From Leptospirales bacterium (GTDB taxonomy: Bacteria; Spirochaetota; Leptospiria; Turneriellales; JAOUFE01): a DNA stretch of 64,000 bases. Within the stretch, counting starts at the first letter, position 1; every line of letters starts with the position of its first letter. The notes under the pieces are model-generated. The model was given only the letters and a program-made list of their open reading frames with translations. It did not search any database and was not told the DNA's origin. Location: contig JBEQLE010000003.1 of NCBI GenBank assembly GCA_040326155.1, forward strand, positions 32,001 to 96,000, read 5' to 3'. A program made the translations under genes and the position numbers. Shown here piece after piece: positions 19,849-32,486 of this stretch.

Positions 19849-20172
19849 ATGAGTTCTGAACATAGAAAATCTGTCCGATTTTTTCCTGAAGAGAAAGAGA
19901 TTGCTGTCGTAAGTATTAACCCCCAGGATTTCGAAAAATACGAAGCTATTAAAAAAGAGTTCAAAGGTGAATTCTGCGCTTTAATTGAAGATGAGGCGCA
20001 CAAAGGGTGCAGTCTGGTGTTTCTCGATTATAACCAACGTGCAGTCAGCCTGGAAGAAGGCGCAAAGTGCGTAGTAAAAATTGGAGAAGTCCTGCCACTG
20101 CGCGGTGAAGTTGTCCGAATAAAGGTCCTGGATGACAAGGTCTATAAAATTGGGATAAAATTTCTTGATTAA
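19849..20172 (+). CDS. PilZ-like domain protein
   Basis: RxxxR (RKSVR), D-x-A-x-x-G (DEAHKG), C-terminal IGIKF. Confidence 0.7.
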   Translation: MSSEHRKSVRFFPEEKEIAVVSINPQDFEKYEAIKKEFKGEFCALIEDEAHKGCSLVFLDYNQRAVSLEEGAKCVVKIGEVLPLRGEVVRIKVLDDKVYKIGIKFLD

Positions 20173-20177
20173 ATAAC

Positions 20178-20576
20178 TTAAAGACCAAAAGGTTCACAGC
20201 CGATGTAATTACCGTTTTGTAATGAATATAAAGAATCACCGATTTTACGATCTTTGCATGTCTTCTCGTCGACATTTTTATAGATTAAAAAAAGAATAGG
20301 TTCATCCTTACACTCCCCAGGGCAAATAAAAACAATGATCAACGAAAAGTTATTTCGTGAGTCAATGCCGAAATCTCTGGGGTATTGATCTTTATCGTAT
20401 TTGTCTACTTGTAATGTTAACAATGCATTAATCTGCTCTTGAATTTGAGCCGGAGTTTTAACTTCAGATTTTATACTCGTATCGGCAGTATTGTTTTCTT
20501 GTAATGACGTGCAAAACTGAGAAAAAGTAAAACAAACAAAAAATAATACCCATTTGAATTTCCAGAACAGATTCAC
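20178..20576 (-). CDS. Hypothetical exported, Cys-containing protein
   Basis: 132 aa with hydrophobic N-terminus. Confidence 0.6.
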   Translation of the reverse strand: MNLFWKFKWVLFFVCFTFSQFCTSLQENNTADTSIKSEVKTPAQIQEQINALLTLQVDKYDKDQYPRDFGIDSRNNFSLIIVFICPGECKDEPILFLIYKNVDEKTCKDRKIGDSLYSLQNGNYIGCEPFGL

Positions 20577-20588
20577 TTACAATTACCT

Positions 20589-22604
20589 TCAACTTACGTC
20601 ATCGGCAGATATTTCATACAATGAATCGATTTTTATGTCCAGATTCCTTTCCAGTTCAACAATCGCGTCTAAATGTTTTGCTTCAAATTGAACCAAAATT
20701 GAATCCACCAGATCGACAATTTCTTGCATAGACTCCGGCTTTACGTATCCAGGAACCGGAAGGTTAAACAGTCCTGATTTACGAATTTGGGGTTGTTTTC
20801 CACGACTGATTCGTATTATACCAGTATATCTGGCATAATTTGTTAAAAACGTAGAGTTTAATAAGGCCAATATAAATTTTAACGGATAAATGTCAGATTT
20901 GTAAATGACAAACATACTATATGGCGCCACCACTACCTGTGGAACAAAAGTAGCGCACAAACGACTGTCAGATTGTCGTATGAAAATTTTCTCGCCTGTA
21001 AAGCGATGTAAATCGCCCAGTACAATTTGATTCGAAATTCCCGATAAGCGCGCTGCATTATTCAATTCATTTTGAAACGCCGTATCGAAATGTATAAACA
21101 AAGTGGTCGCAGCCAGGGGCTCAAACCGTCCTGTTATGGAGCCACTCACCACAAAAGGATAATAATCAGATGAAACTTTTGTCTCATGTATAAATTTTTC
21201 ATAAGAACCACCGATATTCACACCCGTGCGAATTTCAACATAATCACCCATTTTCGGATAACTTTCAAGTTTCTGCATTTGCGAATATCTGGTTTTATCA
21301 ATAAATACAGCCCCTTTTGTAAATTGTTCCACCGAGATGGAATAAGCGCTTTGGTCTTGAACATCCTGAACATGAACCTGAATATTATCTACTACGCTTT
21401 TTTTTTGCATCACCACGACGGTTTGCCCGCTGTTTACCCCTGAAAATCCGGCGATATTAATTTCGATTTCCAATGGGTGAAAAGTTTGAATACTCTGCAA
21501 TCGAATATTATAAAATGGTTTTTCAAAAAAATTAATATCATGAATAAAAGCAAATATACCCTTATCTTTAGTGTATTTAAAACCAAAACCAAGAATGTAC
21601 ATGGAAAGGTTCAAACGCTTTTGCATGGAATCATCCGAATTCTCATCTGAAATTTTTCTCGCGGTTTTACTATCCACAGTCGTTTTTGCGGATTGCCTTG
21701 AATATAGAGATACATAAGGTGGGTTAGAAAGAATTATATCATAGGTTTTTGTATGAGTTTCTATAAATAAGATATCTTTTACCTGAAACTTTTCATTTAG
21801 TATTGTCAAAATTTCCTTGTATGTATGCTTATCCATATAATTCAAAATTCTGAAAGCAATTGTAGTTTTTAACAGTTCTATTGCTGAAACATCGGTATCT
21901 ATACCATAGATATTTTTTAATACTATTTCCGAATACAATAACTCATTGCTATAATCTTTCTCTTTCGCTTTGTGAATAAAAAGGTCTATTATTAAATGAG
22001 TAAATATTCCGGGACCACAGGCTAGATCGAGAACGACCGGATGTTGCCATTCGTCGCTTTGTTGCTGTTTATGAAATGCATTCCACGCGTTCGCGACTAT
22101 ACTTTTTGCCAGAATCGGTGGTGTGTAATAAGCGCCATTTTTTTTTCTGAAACTTTGGTCCGATTGTAATTTATCTTCCTCCCGGCGTATATCGTTAAAG
22201 CGTAAAAGCTGCTCGTAAACTAACCCTGGAATTATATATGCATAATAATGTGTATGTAAGGGTAACAAACATTTTTTTTCTATCTTGGAATACAAATTGC
22301 TATTGGCGGCATTATACAAAATAAAATCTAAAAACCCTTCCTGGTTAAATTCTACTGTTTCGCTACCGATTTCATTACGACTCATTATTTTATCAAAATA
22401 TGAATTTAGATCTACAGGGCGTTCACTATCAGCTAATTTCGATATTGCTGTTTCTGCCGAAAAATATACCGCCGAATTGAGTATGAATATTTTAGCTATA
22501 AACGCCGCATTTGCATAATTATCGATGTTTGCAGGATAAATTTCCGAAATTGTTTTCAATAAGACGCTGCGAACTTTTTGATATGTGCCTGGTCGATTTG
22601 TCAT
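20589..22604 (-). CDS. Gamma-class amino DNA methyltransferase (N6-adenine) with TaqI-like C-terminal recognition domain
   Basis: GAYYTP (motif X), VLDLACGPGIF (I), IYGID (II), NPPY (IV); KIFIRQ...FILALLNS C-terminal domain. Confidence 0.88.
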   Translation of the reverse strand: MTNRPGTYQKVRSVLLKTISEIYPANIDNYANAAFIAKIFILNSAVYFSAETAISKLADSERPVDLNSYFDKIMSRNEIGSETVEFNQEGFLDFILYNAANSNLYSKIEKKCLLPLHTHYYAYIIPGLVYEQLLRFNDIRREEDKLQSDQSFRKKNGAYYTPPILAKSIVANAWNAFHKQQQSDEWQHPVVLDLACGPGIFTHLIIDLFIHKAKEKDYSNELLYSEIVLKNIYGIDTDVSAIELLKTTIAFRILNYMDKHTYKEILTILNEKFQVKDILFIETHTKTYDIILSNPPYVSLYSRQSAKTTVDSKTARKISDENSDDSMQKRLNLSMYILGFGFKYTKDKGIFAFIHDINFFEKPFYNIRLQSIQTFHPLEIEINIAGFSGVNSGQTVVVMQKKSVVDNIQVHVQDVQDQSAYSISVEQFTKGAVFIDKTRYSQMQKLESYPKMGDYVEIRTGVNIGGSYEKFIHETKVSSDYYPFVVSGSITGRFEPLAATTLFIHFDTAFQNELNNAARLSGISNQIVLGDLHRFTGEKIFIRQSDSRLCATFVPQVVVAPYSMFVIYKSDIYPLKFILALLNSTFLTNYARYTGIIRISRGKQPQIRKSGLFNLPVPGYVKPESMQEIVDLVDSILVQFEAKHLDAIVELERNLDIKIDSLYEISADDVS

Positions 22605-22695
22605 TTATTAGGCCATTATAACAAGTTTTTTCTTTGTGTACAAGAAAAAAAATTGCCAGAGTGAGTACCAGTTGTGTTTGTAGGTCACTATCCTT

Positions 22696-23610
22696 ATGAA
22701 AGAATTTGAAGAAAACTTTAAACCCGTAACCGGGAAACTACCGGAAAATCGCATAGATCTCTTTATAGAATTGATTAAAGAGGCGTCTACTAATTTACCA
22801 CCAGATGTTGTAAAAGCCATGGTTGCTCAGAAGGAAAAAGAAAAACCCGGCTCACAGGCCGAACGTGCGTTTTCTATTATAATCGAAAATATCAAAATGG
22901 CATATGAGAAAAAAACTCCGATTTGCCAAGACACAGGAACGGTAATTTTCCATATTCATTATCCAGTCGGAGAAAGTTCGTTAAAACTTAAAAAGGATTT
23001 AACCGAGGCTGTACAAAGCGCTACCAAAAAAGGGTATTTAAGACCCAACTCTGTCGATTCCATCACCGGAGAAAACCCTGGCGACAATACCGGGATCGGA
23101 CTACCCTCTTTTTATTTTGATGAGTGGGAATCAGATAAACTCACTATACAAATTATGCTAAAAGGGGGCGGATGTGAAAATGTTGGAACACAATATGCGC
23201 TTCCACATACCGGACTGAATGCCGGAAGAGATGTGCCGGGAATAAAAAAAGTAATATTAGACGCAGTCGTTGAAGCGCAGGGTAAAGGGTGTGCGCCCGG
23301 AATTCTAGGCGTTGGAATTGGAGGGGACCGTGTCAGTGGCGCACGCCTTGCTAAAGAACAACTATTCAGGCAACTGTCCGATGAAAACCCCGACCCCGTA
23401 TTAAAAGAAATTGAAGACGAGCTGTTAGAAGAGTCCAATAAACTGGGTATCGGACCCATGGGTTTTGGCGGTTTGACCACGCTTTTAGGAATTAAAGCAG
23501 CTAAAATGCATAGAATTCCTGCCAGCTTTTATGTGAGCATTTCTTACATGTGTTGGGCTACGCGTCGAAAAAAACTTGAAATCAAAGGGAACGAATTTAT
23601 AATTGAGTAA
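22696..23610 (+). CDS. Class I fumarate hydratase/tartrate dehydratase alpha subunit
   Basis: PICQDTG, LRPN, KGGGCEN, GIGPMGFGG. Confidence 0.92.
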   Translation: MKEFEENFKPVTGKLPENRIDLFIELIKEASTNLPPDVVKAMVAQKEKEKPGSQAERAFSIIIENIKMAYEKKTPICQDTGTVIFHIHYPVGESSLKLKKDLTEAVQSATKKGYLRPNSVDSITGENPGDNTGIGLPSFYFDEWESDKLTIQIMLKGGGCENVGTQYALPHTGLNAGRDVPGIKKVILDAVVEAQGKGCAPGILGVGIGGDRVSGARLAKEQLFRQLSDENPDPVLKEIEDELLEESNKLGIGPMGFGGLTTLLGIKAAKMHRIPASFYVSISYMCWATRRKKLEIKGNEFIIE

Positions 23611-23616
23611 TTAACT

Positions 23617-24252
23617 ATGGCAACAGAAATAATAAACATACAATCCCCCGGTATAACGGAAGAAAAAATACGGTCTTTAAAAATGGGAGACATTGTCTCC
23701 ATTTCCGGAACAATTGTAACCGGTAGAGACGTAGCGCACAAATATCTTGAAGATAATTTTATTCACAACGACAACCCCCCGGTTGAAGAATTAAAAGTTC
23801 TCGATGAACTTAAAAAAGAAATGGATGGTGGAATTATATACCACTGCGGACCAGTCGTTATGAAAGACGACAATGGAGAATATAGGTTTACCGCCGCCGG
23901 CCCTACAACTTCCATTCGAGAAGAACCCTATGAATATGATGTTATTAAACTATTAAATTTACGCGGTGTAATTGGTAAAGGCGGTATGGGACCAAAAACT
24001 CTGAAAGGATGCCAGGACTTTGGAGCTGTCTATTTACACGCCATTGGTGGAGCGGCCACCTACACAGCCGGAAAAGTTAAAAAAGTAAACGCTGTGTTAA
24101 AACCAGAATTTGGAACTCCCGAAGCTTTCTGGGTAATAGAAGTAGAAAACTTTGAATGTATTGTTACGATGGACGCACATGGCAAAAGTCTGCATGAAAC
24201 TGTATTGTCAGACTCAAAACAAATACAAAACAAATATAACGAAAATCGATAA
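23617..24252 (+). CDS. Class I fumarate hydratase/tartrate dehydratase beta subunit
   Basis: GRDVAH, YHCGP, AGPTTS, IGKGGM. Confidence 0.92.
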   Translation: MATEIINIQSPGITEEKIRSLKMGDIVSISGTIVTGRDVAHKYLEDNFIHNDNPPVEELKVLDELKKEMDGGIIYHCGPVVMKDDNGEYRFTAAGPTTSIREEPYEYDVIKLLNLRGVIGKGGMGPKTLKGCQDFGAVYLHAIGGAATYTAGKVKKVNAVLKPEFGTPEAFWVIEVENFECIVTMDAHGKSLHETVLSDSKQIQNKYNENR

Positions 24253-24266
24253 GAGAGATTATCCGC

Positions 24267-25544
24267 TTGCGCAGTGTTAAACTTATTATCACAGGAAGCG
24301 AAGTAACCAACGGTTATATACAAGATACAAATACGGGTTTTTTTGCCCGACAGATCTACTCTCTTGGTCTGTCTTTAAGTGAAGTACGCATTATACCAGA
24401 CGATTTCAATAAAGCTCTGGAAACAGTAAAAGATCTGTCAAATGGAAAAGACCTCATAATAATGACGGGCGGTCTTGGACCAACGGATGACGATTTAACC
24501 GTCGACATACTCTCTAAATTTACAGGACGAAAACCGGTATCTGACGAATTTGCTCGTAAAAACATTGAAAGTTTAATGGAAGCAGGAACACTAAACGTCC
24601 ATAACTCATCGATGAAAAATCGTCTAATACGACAAAGTAGAATCATTGAAGGAAGCATAGCCTTGAAAAATCCTGTCGGGTTAGCACCCGGTATTTATAT
24701 TCCTGAGCTGCCTTTAATTGCCTTGCCAGGGTTTCCACTTGAAATAAATGGAATCTGGCCCCAGGTCAAAAAGATTATTTCAACAATGGCTCCGCCATCT
24801 CAACTGACAAAAACAATGGCGCTCTGGGGTATCGCTGAAAGTCGCCTTTTCGAAAGTATAAATTTTCCCCCTGAAGTTCACGCCGGGGTACACTCCTTAC
24901 CATACGGAACAAAACTGTTTTTACGATGTGAGAAAAAAAAAGAACCTTTACTGGAAGAAACTTTGCTCAAAGTAAAAAACCTGTTTGAATTCAATATCGT
25001 TGAAAACCCTGTGAATAATTATATCGAATATTTAAAAGCAAATAAACTTACGCTTGGAACTGTCGAAAGCTGTACCGGAGGACTTGGGGGAAAAATTATA
25101 ACTGACATACCTGAAGTATCCTCTGTATATAACGGGTCTATTGTTACGTATCATGATAATGCAAAAATATCTTGCGCGGGTGTTCAACCAGAAACCATTC
25201 AAAAATACGGGGCTGTCAGTTTAGAAACTGCTGCGGAAATGGCGAAAGGCGGTTTAGAAAAACTCAATGTCGACAAATGTCTGTCTTTAACGGGAATCGC
25301 TGGTCCTGGCGGGGGCTCAAAGGAAAAGCCGGTAGGAACAGTGTATATTGCTATTGCGGATAAAAAGAAAAACCGGGCATATGTTAAGTGCTTTAAATTT
25401 CCATATGGACGAGAACGTTTTCGAATGGCGGCTATTTATGCCGGATTTTTATCCATGTACCAAAAAGATGTTGTATTTCAGGAAAATGATGATAAATGGT
25501 TAAAAGAAAAAACGAGAGGAAATTTTACTATAATCGATCTATGA
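24267..25544 (+). CDS. cinA: CinA-like protein (MoCF-like domain fused to NMN deamidase PncC)
   Basis: GGLGPTDDD, LPGFP, ESCTGG, GAVS, TGIAGPGGG. Confidence 0.9.
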   Translation: MRSVKLIITGSEVTNGYIQDTNTGFFARQIYSLGLSLSEVRIIPDDFNKALETVKDLSNGKDLIIMTGGLGPTDDDLTVDILSKFTGRKPVSDEFARKNIESLMEAGTLNVHNSSMKNRLIRQSRIIEGSIALKNPVGLAPGIYIPELPLIALPGFPLEINGIWPQVKKIISTMAPPSQLTKTMALWGIAESRLFESINFPPEVHAGVHSLPYGTKLFLRCEKKKEPLLEETLLKVKNLFEFNIVENPVNNYIEYLKANKLTLGTVESCTGGLGGKIITDIPEVSSVYNGSIVTYHDNAKISCAGVQPETIQKYGAVSLETAAEMAKGGLEKLNVDKCLSLTGIAGPGGGSKEKPVGTVYIAIADKKKNRAYVKCFKFPYGRERFRMAAIYAGFLSMYQKDVVFQENDDKWLKEKTRGNFTIIDL

Positions 25545-25904
25545 GGCGATTCCCTGCTTTAACGGGTACTCGATGTAGAACGAACCCTCGTTAATACTTT
25601 GCAACAATTGCTCCAGACGCGCCATTTTAATTATGCTTAAAACATTAATGTTTGCTCCAAATAACAGCAAAACATGGCTTGTCTTCTCCAGGTATTTTCG
25701 CAGCTTGATCAATAAACTCAAACCCGCCGTATCCATATAACCGAGTTTAGTCAAATTTACTGCAAAAACTGGTTCCGGATGCTCTTCTATTTCTTTTATA
25801 ATTTCTGATTCCAACGTAAGAATTTGATCTGCATCCAAACGTCCAGTTATTATAAATTCAGTGGCGCCCATTCTGTGTTTAATAAATAAATTTACGGTAC
25901 TCAT
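25539..25904 (-). CDS. STAS-domain protein (anti-sigma-factor antagonist-like)
   Basis: GRLD, VNLTKLGYMDTAGL. Confidence 0.88.
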   Translation of the reverse strand: MSTVNLFIKHRMGATEFIITGRLDADQILTLESEIIKEIEEHPEPVFAVNLTKLGYMDTAGLSLLIKLRKYLEKTSHVLLLFGANINVLSIIKMARLEQLLQSINEGSFYIEYPLKQGIAS

Positions 25905-26070
25905 ACGTTATATCAATAGGACGGCATTTGCCATGAATTAGCAACGAAAATAACTTACAAAATAATAATAATTATCAACATATACCGGTTCGCCAATATC
26001 GAAGGCGATCAAAACTGAAAAAGATATCGAACATCCGGCAAAACGGACGATAGTATAATTAGGTATTTAG

Positions 26071-26511
26071 ATGATCTATTCACTGCATGTACAAAAAACC
26101 ATAAAAGCTTTTAGCGCAATTATACTATTTTCCTTGTTCGCACCTACTTATTTCGGCGATACAAGAAGTGAACTTCGCTATTATGAACTGGAGTTTAAAA
26201 AGGAACCTCCGCGTGTCTGGCCCGATACCCTGTTTGAAAAAACGGTCTGGCATAAAAAAGTTTCTCACCTGGTGTTGGAAGATAAAAAAGATCGATTCTT
26301 CGTTACCTTGCTCATGATTAGCCCTTATCCGTATAATTACAAATCTCAAAATTACGCCTTACATTATGAGTTTTTTGAATATGAAGAAGCCTTTGCAAAA
26401 TTTGTCTGGCTGGATAATTTTATAAAGAACAACGGGGTTCTAAGAATTAAAATTCTGGGTAGTATGATTATCGAAGAAAAAATAATATATAAGGGCGATT
26501 CAGTCCGTTAG
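26071..26511 (+). CDS. Hypothetical exported protein
   Basis: 146 aa with signal-like N-terminus. Confidence 0.6.
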   Translation: MIYSLHVQKTIKAFSAIILFSLFAPTYFGDTRSELRYYELEFKKEPPRVWPDTLFEKTVWHKKVSHLVLEDKKDRFFVTLLMISPYPYNYKSQNYALHYEFFEYEEAFAKFVWLDNFIKNNGVLRIKILGSMIIEEKIIYKGDSVR

Positions 26512-27612
26512 ACGTCGGCGTATTCGATTTCCAAAACCGGTCATAATCTCATATGTTATTGTCCGGGAAGTCTGTGCAACCTCTTCCAAAGAGACAGAGT
26601 TTGGCCCAATCAACTCAACCCACTCTTGCAAATTAAAAACTTTACCTAACAAAATCTGATCCATGGTAACCCTGCCAAGCAAGGGATGTTTACCGAATTT
26701 GAAATTATTCGATAAAGCCCTGGGAATTCCATCTGCGTAACCAAGAGGTATTACCCCCACATTTTCCATCTCTTCGCTAACCGTAAAAGTTGACCCATAC
26801 GATATGGTTTCACCCTTTTGCATTTGGCGAACGGAAACAGGTCTCGCCCTCAATGAAAGAGCCGGCCTTAATGGGATTTTTTTCCCGAATTCATCCAGAT
26901 CTTTTTTATTCTGAAAATATCCATAAAACATAAGGCCAGGTCGTATCATATCAAAATGAGATTCTGGATAAAAAACTGTCGCATAAGAGTTAGCCGTATG
27001 TAACAAAACTTCATCACGGTTTAGCTTTAGTTTCTCAATAAGGAATGACGATGTGGCTTTAAATTCGCTAATAATATTTTTCGTAGAAACTTCATCGGGA
27101 ATATCTGCATTTGGAAAATGGGTAAATATTCCGGCAACCTGCAAATTAGGGGCAGAATTTAAAGATTCCACTGTTTTACTTTCCTGTTCTTTCTTTAAAC
27201 CTATTCGCCCCATTCCAAGGTCAAGTTTTAAATGAACCGATAATTTCTGGTTTCGTTGTTCGGCCATTTTATTCAGATATTCGACTTGCCACACATCAGT
27301 TATACTCGGGGTAATAGAATATTCGAAAAAGATTGTTGCACTTTCTTTGTAAAAACCACCGAGGTTTAAAACCTGACCTTGCCAGCCCAGGTCTCGAAGC
27401 GTATAACCCTCCAATGGGTTTGCTACTCCAAGGTAGTCAATCTTTACTTCATTAAAAAATGGTAAAAGCTCCAAAATGCCGCATCCATAGGCATTAGCCT
27501 TCACTGGTATTAAAACTTTCGTTGAATTTTGGCCACAACCTTGTAAGAGACGAAGGTTTTCTTCCAAGGCTTTTTTACTTATATTAAGTTCAGGGTAACA
27601 ATCGAATTTCAT
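26500..27612 (-). CDS. alr: Alanine racemase
   Basis: VKANAYG, DLGMGRIG, RPGL..YG, GYADG, GRVTMDQ. Confidence 0.96.
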   Translation of the reverse strand: MKFDCYPELNISKKALEENLRLLQGCGQNSTKVLIPVKANAYGCGILELLPFFNEVKIDYLGVANPLEGYTLRDLGWQGQVLNLGGFYKESATIFFEYSITPSITDVWQVEYLNKMAEQRNQKLSVHLKLDLGMGRIGLKKEQESKTVESLNSAPNLQVAGIFTHFPNADIPDEVSTKNIISEFKATSSFLIEKLKLNRDEVLLHTANSYATVFYPESHFDMIRPGLMFYGYFQNKKDLDEFGKKIPLRPALSLRARPVSVRQMQKGETISYGSTFTVSEEMENVGVIPLGYADGIPRALSNNFKFGKHPLLGRVTMDQILLGKVFNLQEWVELIGPNSVSLEEVAQTSRTITYEIMTGFGNRIRRRLTD

Positions 27613-27627
27613 AAATCAAACTATCAT

Positions 27628-29712
27628 TTAAGCTTTTTTATCTTCGCCCATATATTCTTTTATGAAATCTGCTACTTTCTCCGGGTCCATTGGTTTACCA
27701 ATATAATAGCCTTGTCCGTAATCGGCGCCTTGCTCTTTGCAAAAGTTGTATTGTTCTTCATTTTCAATACCTTCCACAACAACTTCATAACTTAAGGCAT
27801 GGGCCATTTGAATCATCGCACGAACAATGGCAGTACTATCTGGATCATGTGGTATGTCATCAATGAACGATTTATCGATTTTTATTTTATTAATAGGGAA
27901 TTTTTTTAAATAACTCAATGAAGAATAACCTGTACCGAAATCATCAATCGAAATCGTAAAACCAGATTCATTTAATATATTCAGCATTTCTATCGAATAA
28001 TCAATATCATCCATAGCTATAGATTCCGTAACTTCAACAATTATTTTTCCATGATCAAGCTTTGCAACACCCAGAGATCTTTTTAAATAATTAATAATGT
28101 CTGTATTTTTAAATTGGCGCAATGAAAAATTAATGGCAACTGATGTATCGATTCCATCTTTGAGGGCCCATCGTTGCAGCTGAAGAGTCGACTCTTCAAT
28201 GACCCAGGCACCCATACGAATAATCATATCGGTCTCTTCCGCTATGGGAATAAACTCATCGGGTCTTATTCTCTTATCGCCGCTATCCCAGCGTATTAAA
28301 GCTTCAAACGATGAAACTTTTTTTTCCTGTAAAGAAACGATGGGTTGATATTGTAAGATAAATTCATAACGCTCGATAGCTCGCAGCAAGCGTCCTTCCA
28401 TTTGTAAAATATTTACGATTCTTGCCCGCATTTTCGAATCATATATTTCGGTTGACCCGCGCCCTTTTTGCAAACCTTTTTGCAACGCCGTAATCCCATC
28501 CCGGTATATGTTGGCAGCTGACTCAAATGTTTTATCAACAAAAACCAGTCCGATACTGGCACTCATGGAAAACTCAGTTCCATCTTTTAGCAGCGGCTTT
28601 GAAACAATTTTATGGATTTTTTTAGCAATTTTATCAACCTCGGTAACCTCGGGATTATCAAATAGAATAAGCCCAAACTCCGAACCGCCCGTACGAGCCA
28701 GAGAATCGACATTCCGAATAATCTTCGAAATTCTTTCAACTGCACTAAGTAACGCAAATTCTCCTGCCTGCGGTCCAAAATTACTTGTAATTAACTTATG
28801 GTTTTCAAGCTCTATAATAATTACAACAAAGTTTTCTCCTCCGTTGCGGTGCAGTCGTGATACAACCGTTTGAATTCTATCCAGAAATAATACTTTGTTG
28901 GGAAGCCCGGTTAACGCATCTTGCAATTTTTCTGCTGTGATATCAATAAGAGAACCCGCGATTTTTTGTACAGAACCTTCAGCATCTCGCAGCGCCTTAC
29001 CTTGCACACGAGCCCATATATACGATCCATTCTTATGCAATAGCCTATGCTCGGTATATAACTTCGGCGTTTCATTAGAAAAGTGTTTATGTATTTCATC
29101 TTCCACATGGCTTGTATCTTCCGGATGAATTCGGTCAAACCACACTTCTGCCGTTCCCATAATTTCCTTAGAATCAAAACCCAGTATTTCAGCCCATCTT
29201 GGAGAATAATAGACGGCATTTGTACGTAAATTCCACTCCCAGATACCATCATTTGTCGCCTGCAAAGCCAGGGAGTACCGCTCTTCGCTCTCTATTAATG
29301 CGGCAAGTATACCGGAACGTTGAATAGCATATTGTATGGAACGATTCAGTAAAAGTTTATCAATTTTACCTTTAATTAAATAATCCTGCGCCCCCATTTT
29401 AACTGCTTTCAGGGCTAATTCGGTATCGTCCACTCCGGTTAATATAATAACCGGGATATCGGGCTTTGGTTCGTGAATTTTTTCGAACGTAGACAATCCA
29501 TTCGAGTCAGGCAAAGTTAAATCGAGTAATATGACTTCAAATCTCTGGTTTTCAAGCGCAAGAAAGGCTTCGGCCAATGTCTCAGCTACAGTGACAACAA
29601 ATCGACGTTGTTCGGACTTCGCTTCAGAATCTGAAACGCTATTAATGATAGCCTGTAAATATGTTTGGTTTACAGCATTGTCTTCAACAAGCAAGAGTTT
29701 AAGCGTAATCAT
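27628..29712 (-). CDS. REC-PAS-GGDEF(degenerate)-EAL protein, probable c-di-GMP phosphodiesterase
   Basis: LLVEDN/LDL.LPD receiver; DGIWEW..PAS; GGSEF in place of GGDEF; EAL and DDFGTGYSS intact. Confidence 0.92.
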   Translation of the reverse strand: MITLKLLLVEDNAVNQTYLQAIINSVSDSEAKSEQRRFVVTVAETLAEAFLALENQRFEVILLDLTLPDSNGLSTFEKIHEPKPDIPVIILTGVDDTELALKAVKMGAQDYLIKGKIDKLLLNRSIQYAIQRSGILAALIESEERYSLALQATNDGIWEWNLRTNAVYYSPRWAEILGFDSKEIMGTAEVWFDRIHPEDTSHVEDEIHKHFSNETPKLYTEHRLLHKNGSYIWARVQGKALRDAEGSVQKIAGSLIDITAEKLQDALTGLPNKVLFLDRIQTVVSRLHRNGGENFVVIIIELENHKLITSNFGPQAGEFALLSAVERISKIIRNVDSLARTGGSEFGLILFDNPEVTEVDKIAKKIHKIVSKPLLKDGTEFSMSASIGLVFVDKTFESAANIYRDGITALQKGLQKGRGSTEIYDSKMRARIVNILQMEGRLLRAIERYEFILQYQPIVSLQEKKVSSFEALIRWDSGDKRIRPDEFIPIAEETDMIIRMGAWVIEESTLQLQRWALKDGIDTSVAINFSLRQFKNTDIINYLKRSLGVAKLDHGKIIVEVTESIAMDDIDYSIEMLNILNESGFTISIDDFGTGYSSLSYLKKFPINKIKIDKSFIDDIPHDPDSTAIVRAMIQMAHALSYEVVVEGIENEEQYNFCKEQGADYGQGYYIGKPMDPEKVADFIKEYMGEDKKA

Positions 29713-29772
29713 ACTTTTTACACATCGAAACCGATGCTTTGTTAGGTAAAAATGGCTGTAACTCTTCGTCTA

Positions 29773-30159
29773 TTATTTTTTTTCTGCGTAAGCAATACGG
29801 GCTCGGTGCGCGGAGGTTTCATTTTCTACAAAATCTCTTTCTTCAGGAGCAATAATATGAGAAATCTTTTCACCCAGACTTTTTATTTCAGCTTCCACAT
29901 CAACGTGATCGGGTAAAATGGCTCCCTCGACTAAAACGCTTAAAGTGTCGTTTTTCACTTCAACGAATCCGCCATCGATAATATATTTCATATCGGAATC
30001 GTCCATTTTAATAATCAACATTCCAGGTTCAAGCTCGCCAATCAGGTTGGTATGCCCCGCTAAAACTGAAAAGCTTGCATCGCTTCCCGGTAGTTGGACA
30101 CTGCTTGTTTTACCTTCAAATAAAATTTCTTCAGGTGATATAACGCTAACTGTTAACAT
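29773..30159 (-). CDS. atpC: ATP synthase epsilon subunit
   Basis: VISPE, VLAGH, GGFVEV; operon position. Confidence 0.93.
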   Translation of the reverse strand: MLTVSVISPEEILFEGKTSSVQLPGSDASFSVLAGHTNLIGELEPGMLIIKMDDSDMKYIIDGGFVEVKNDTLSVLVEGAILPDHVDVEAEIKSLGEKISHIIAPEERDFVENETSAHRARIAYAEKK

Positions 30160-30183
30160 AAATACCCTCTTTTTATTATTTTT

Positions 30184-32486
<2,303 letters not shown>

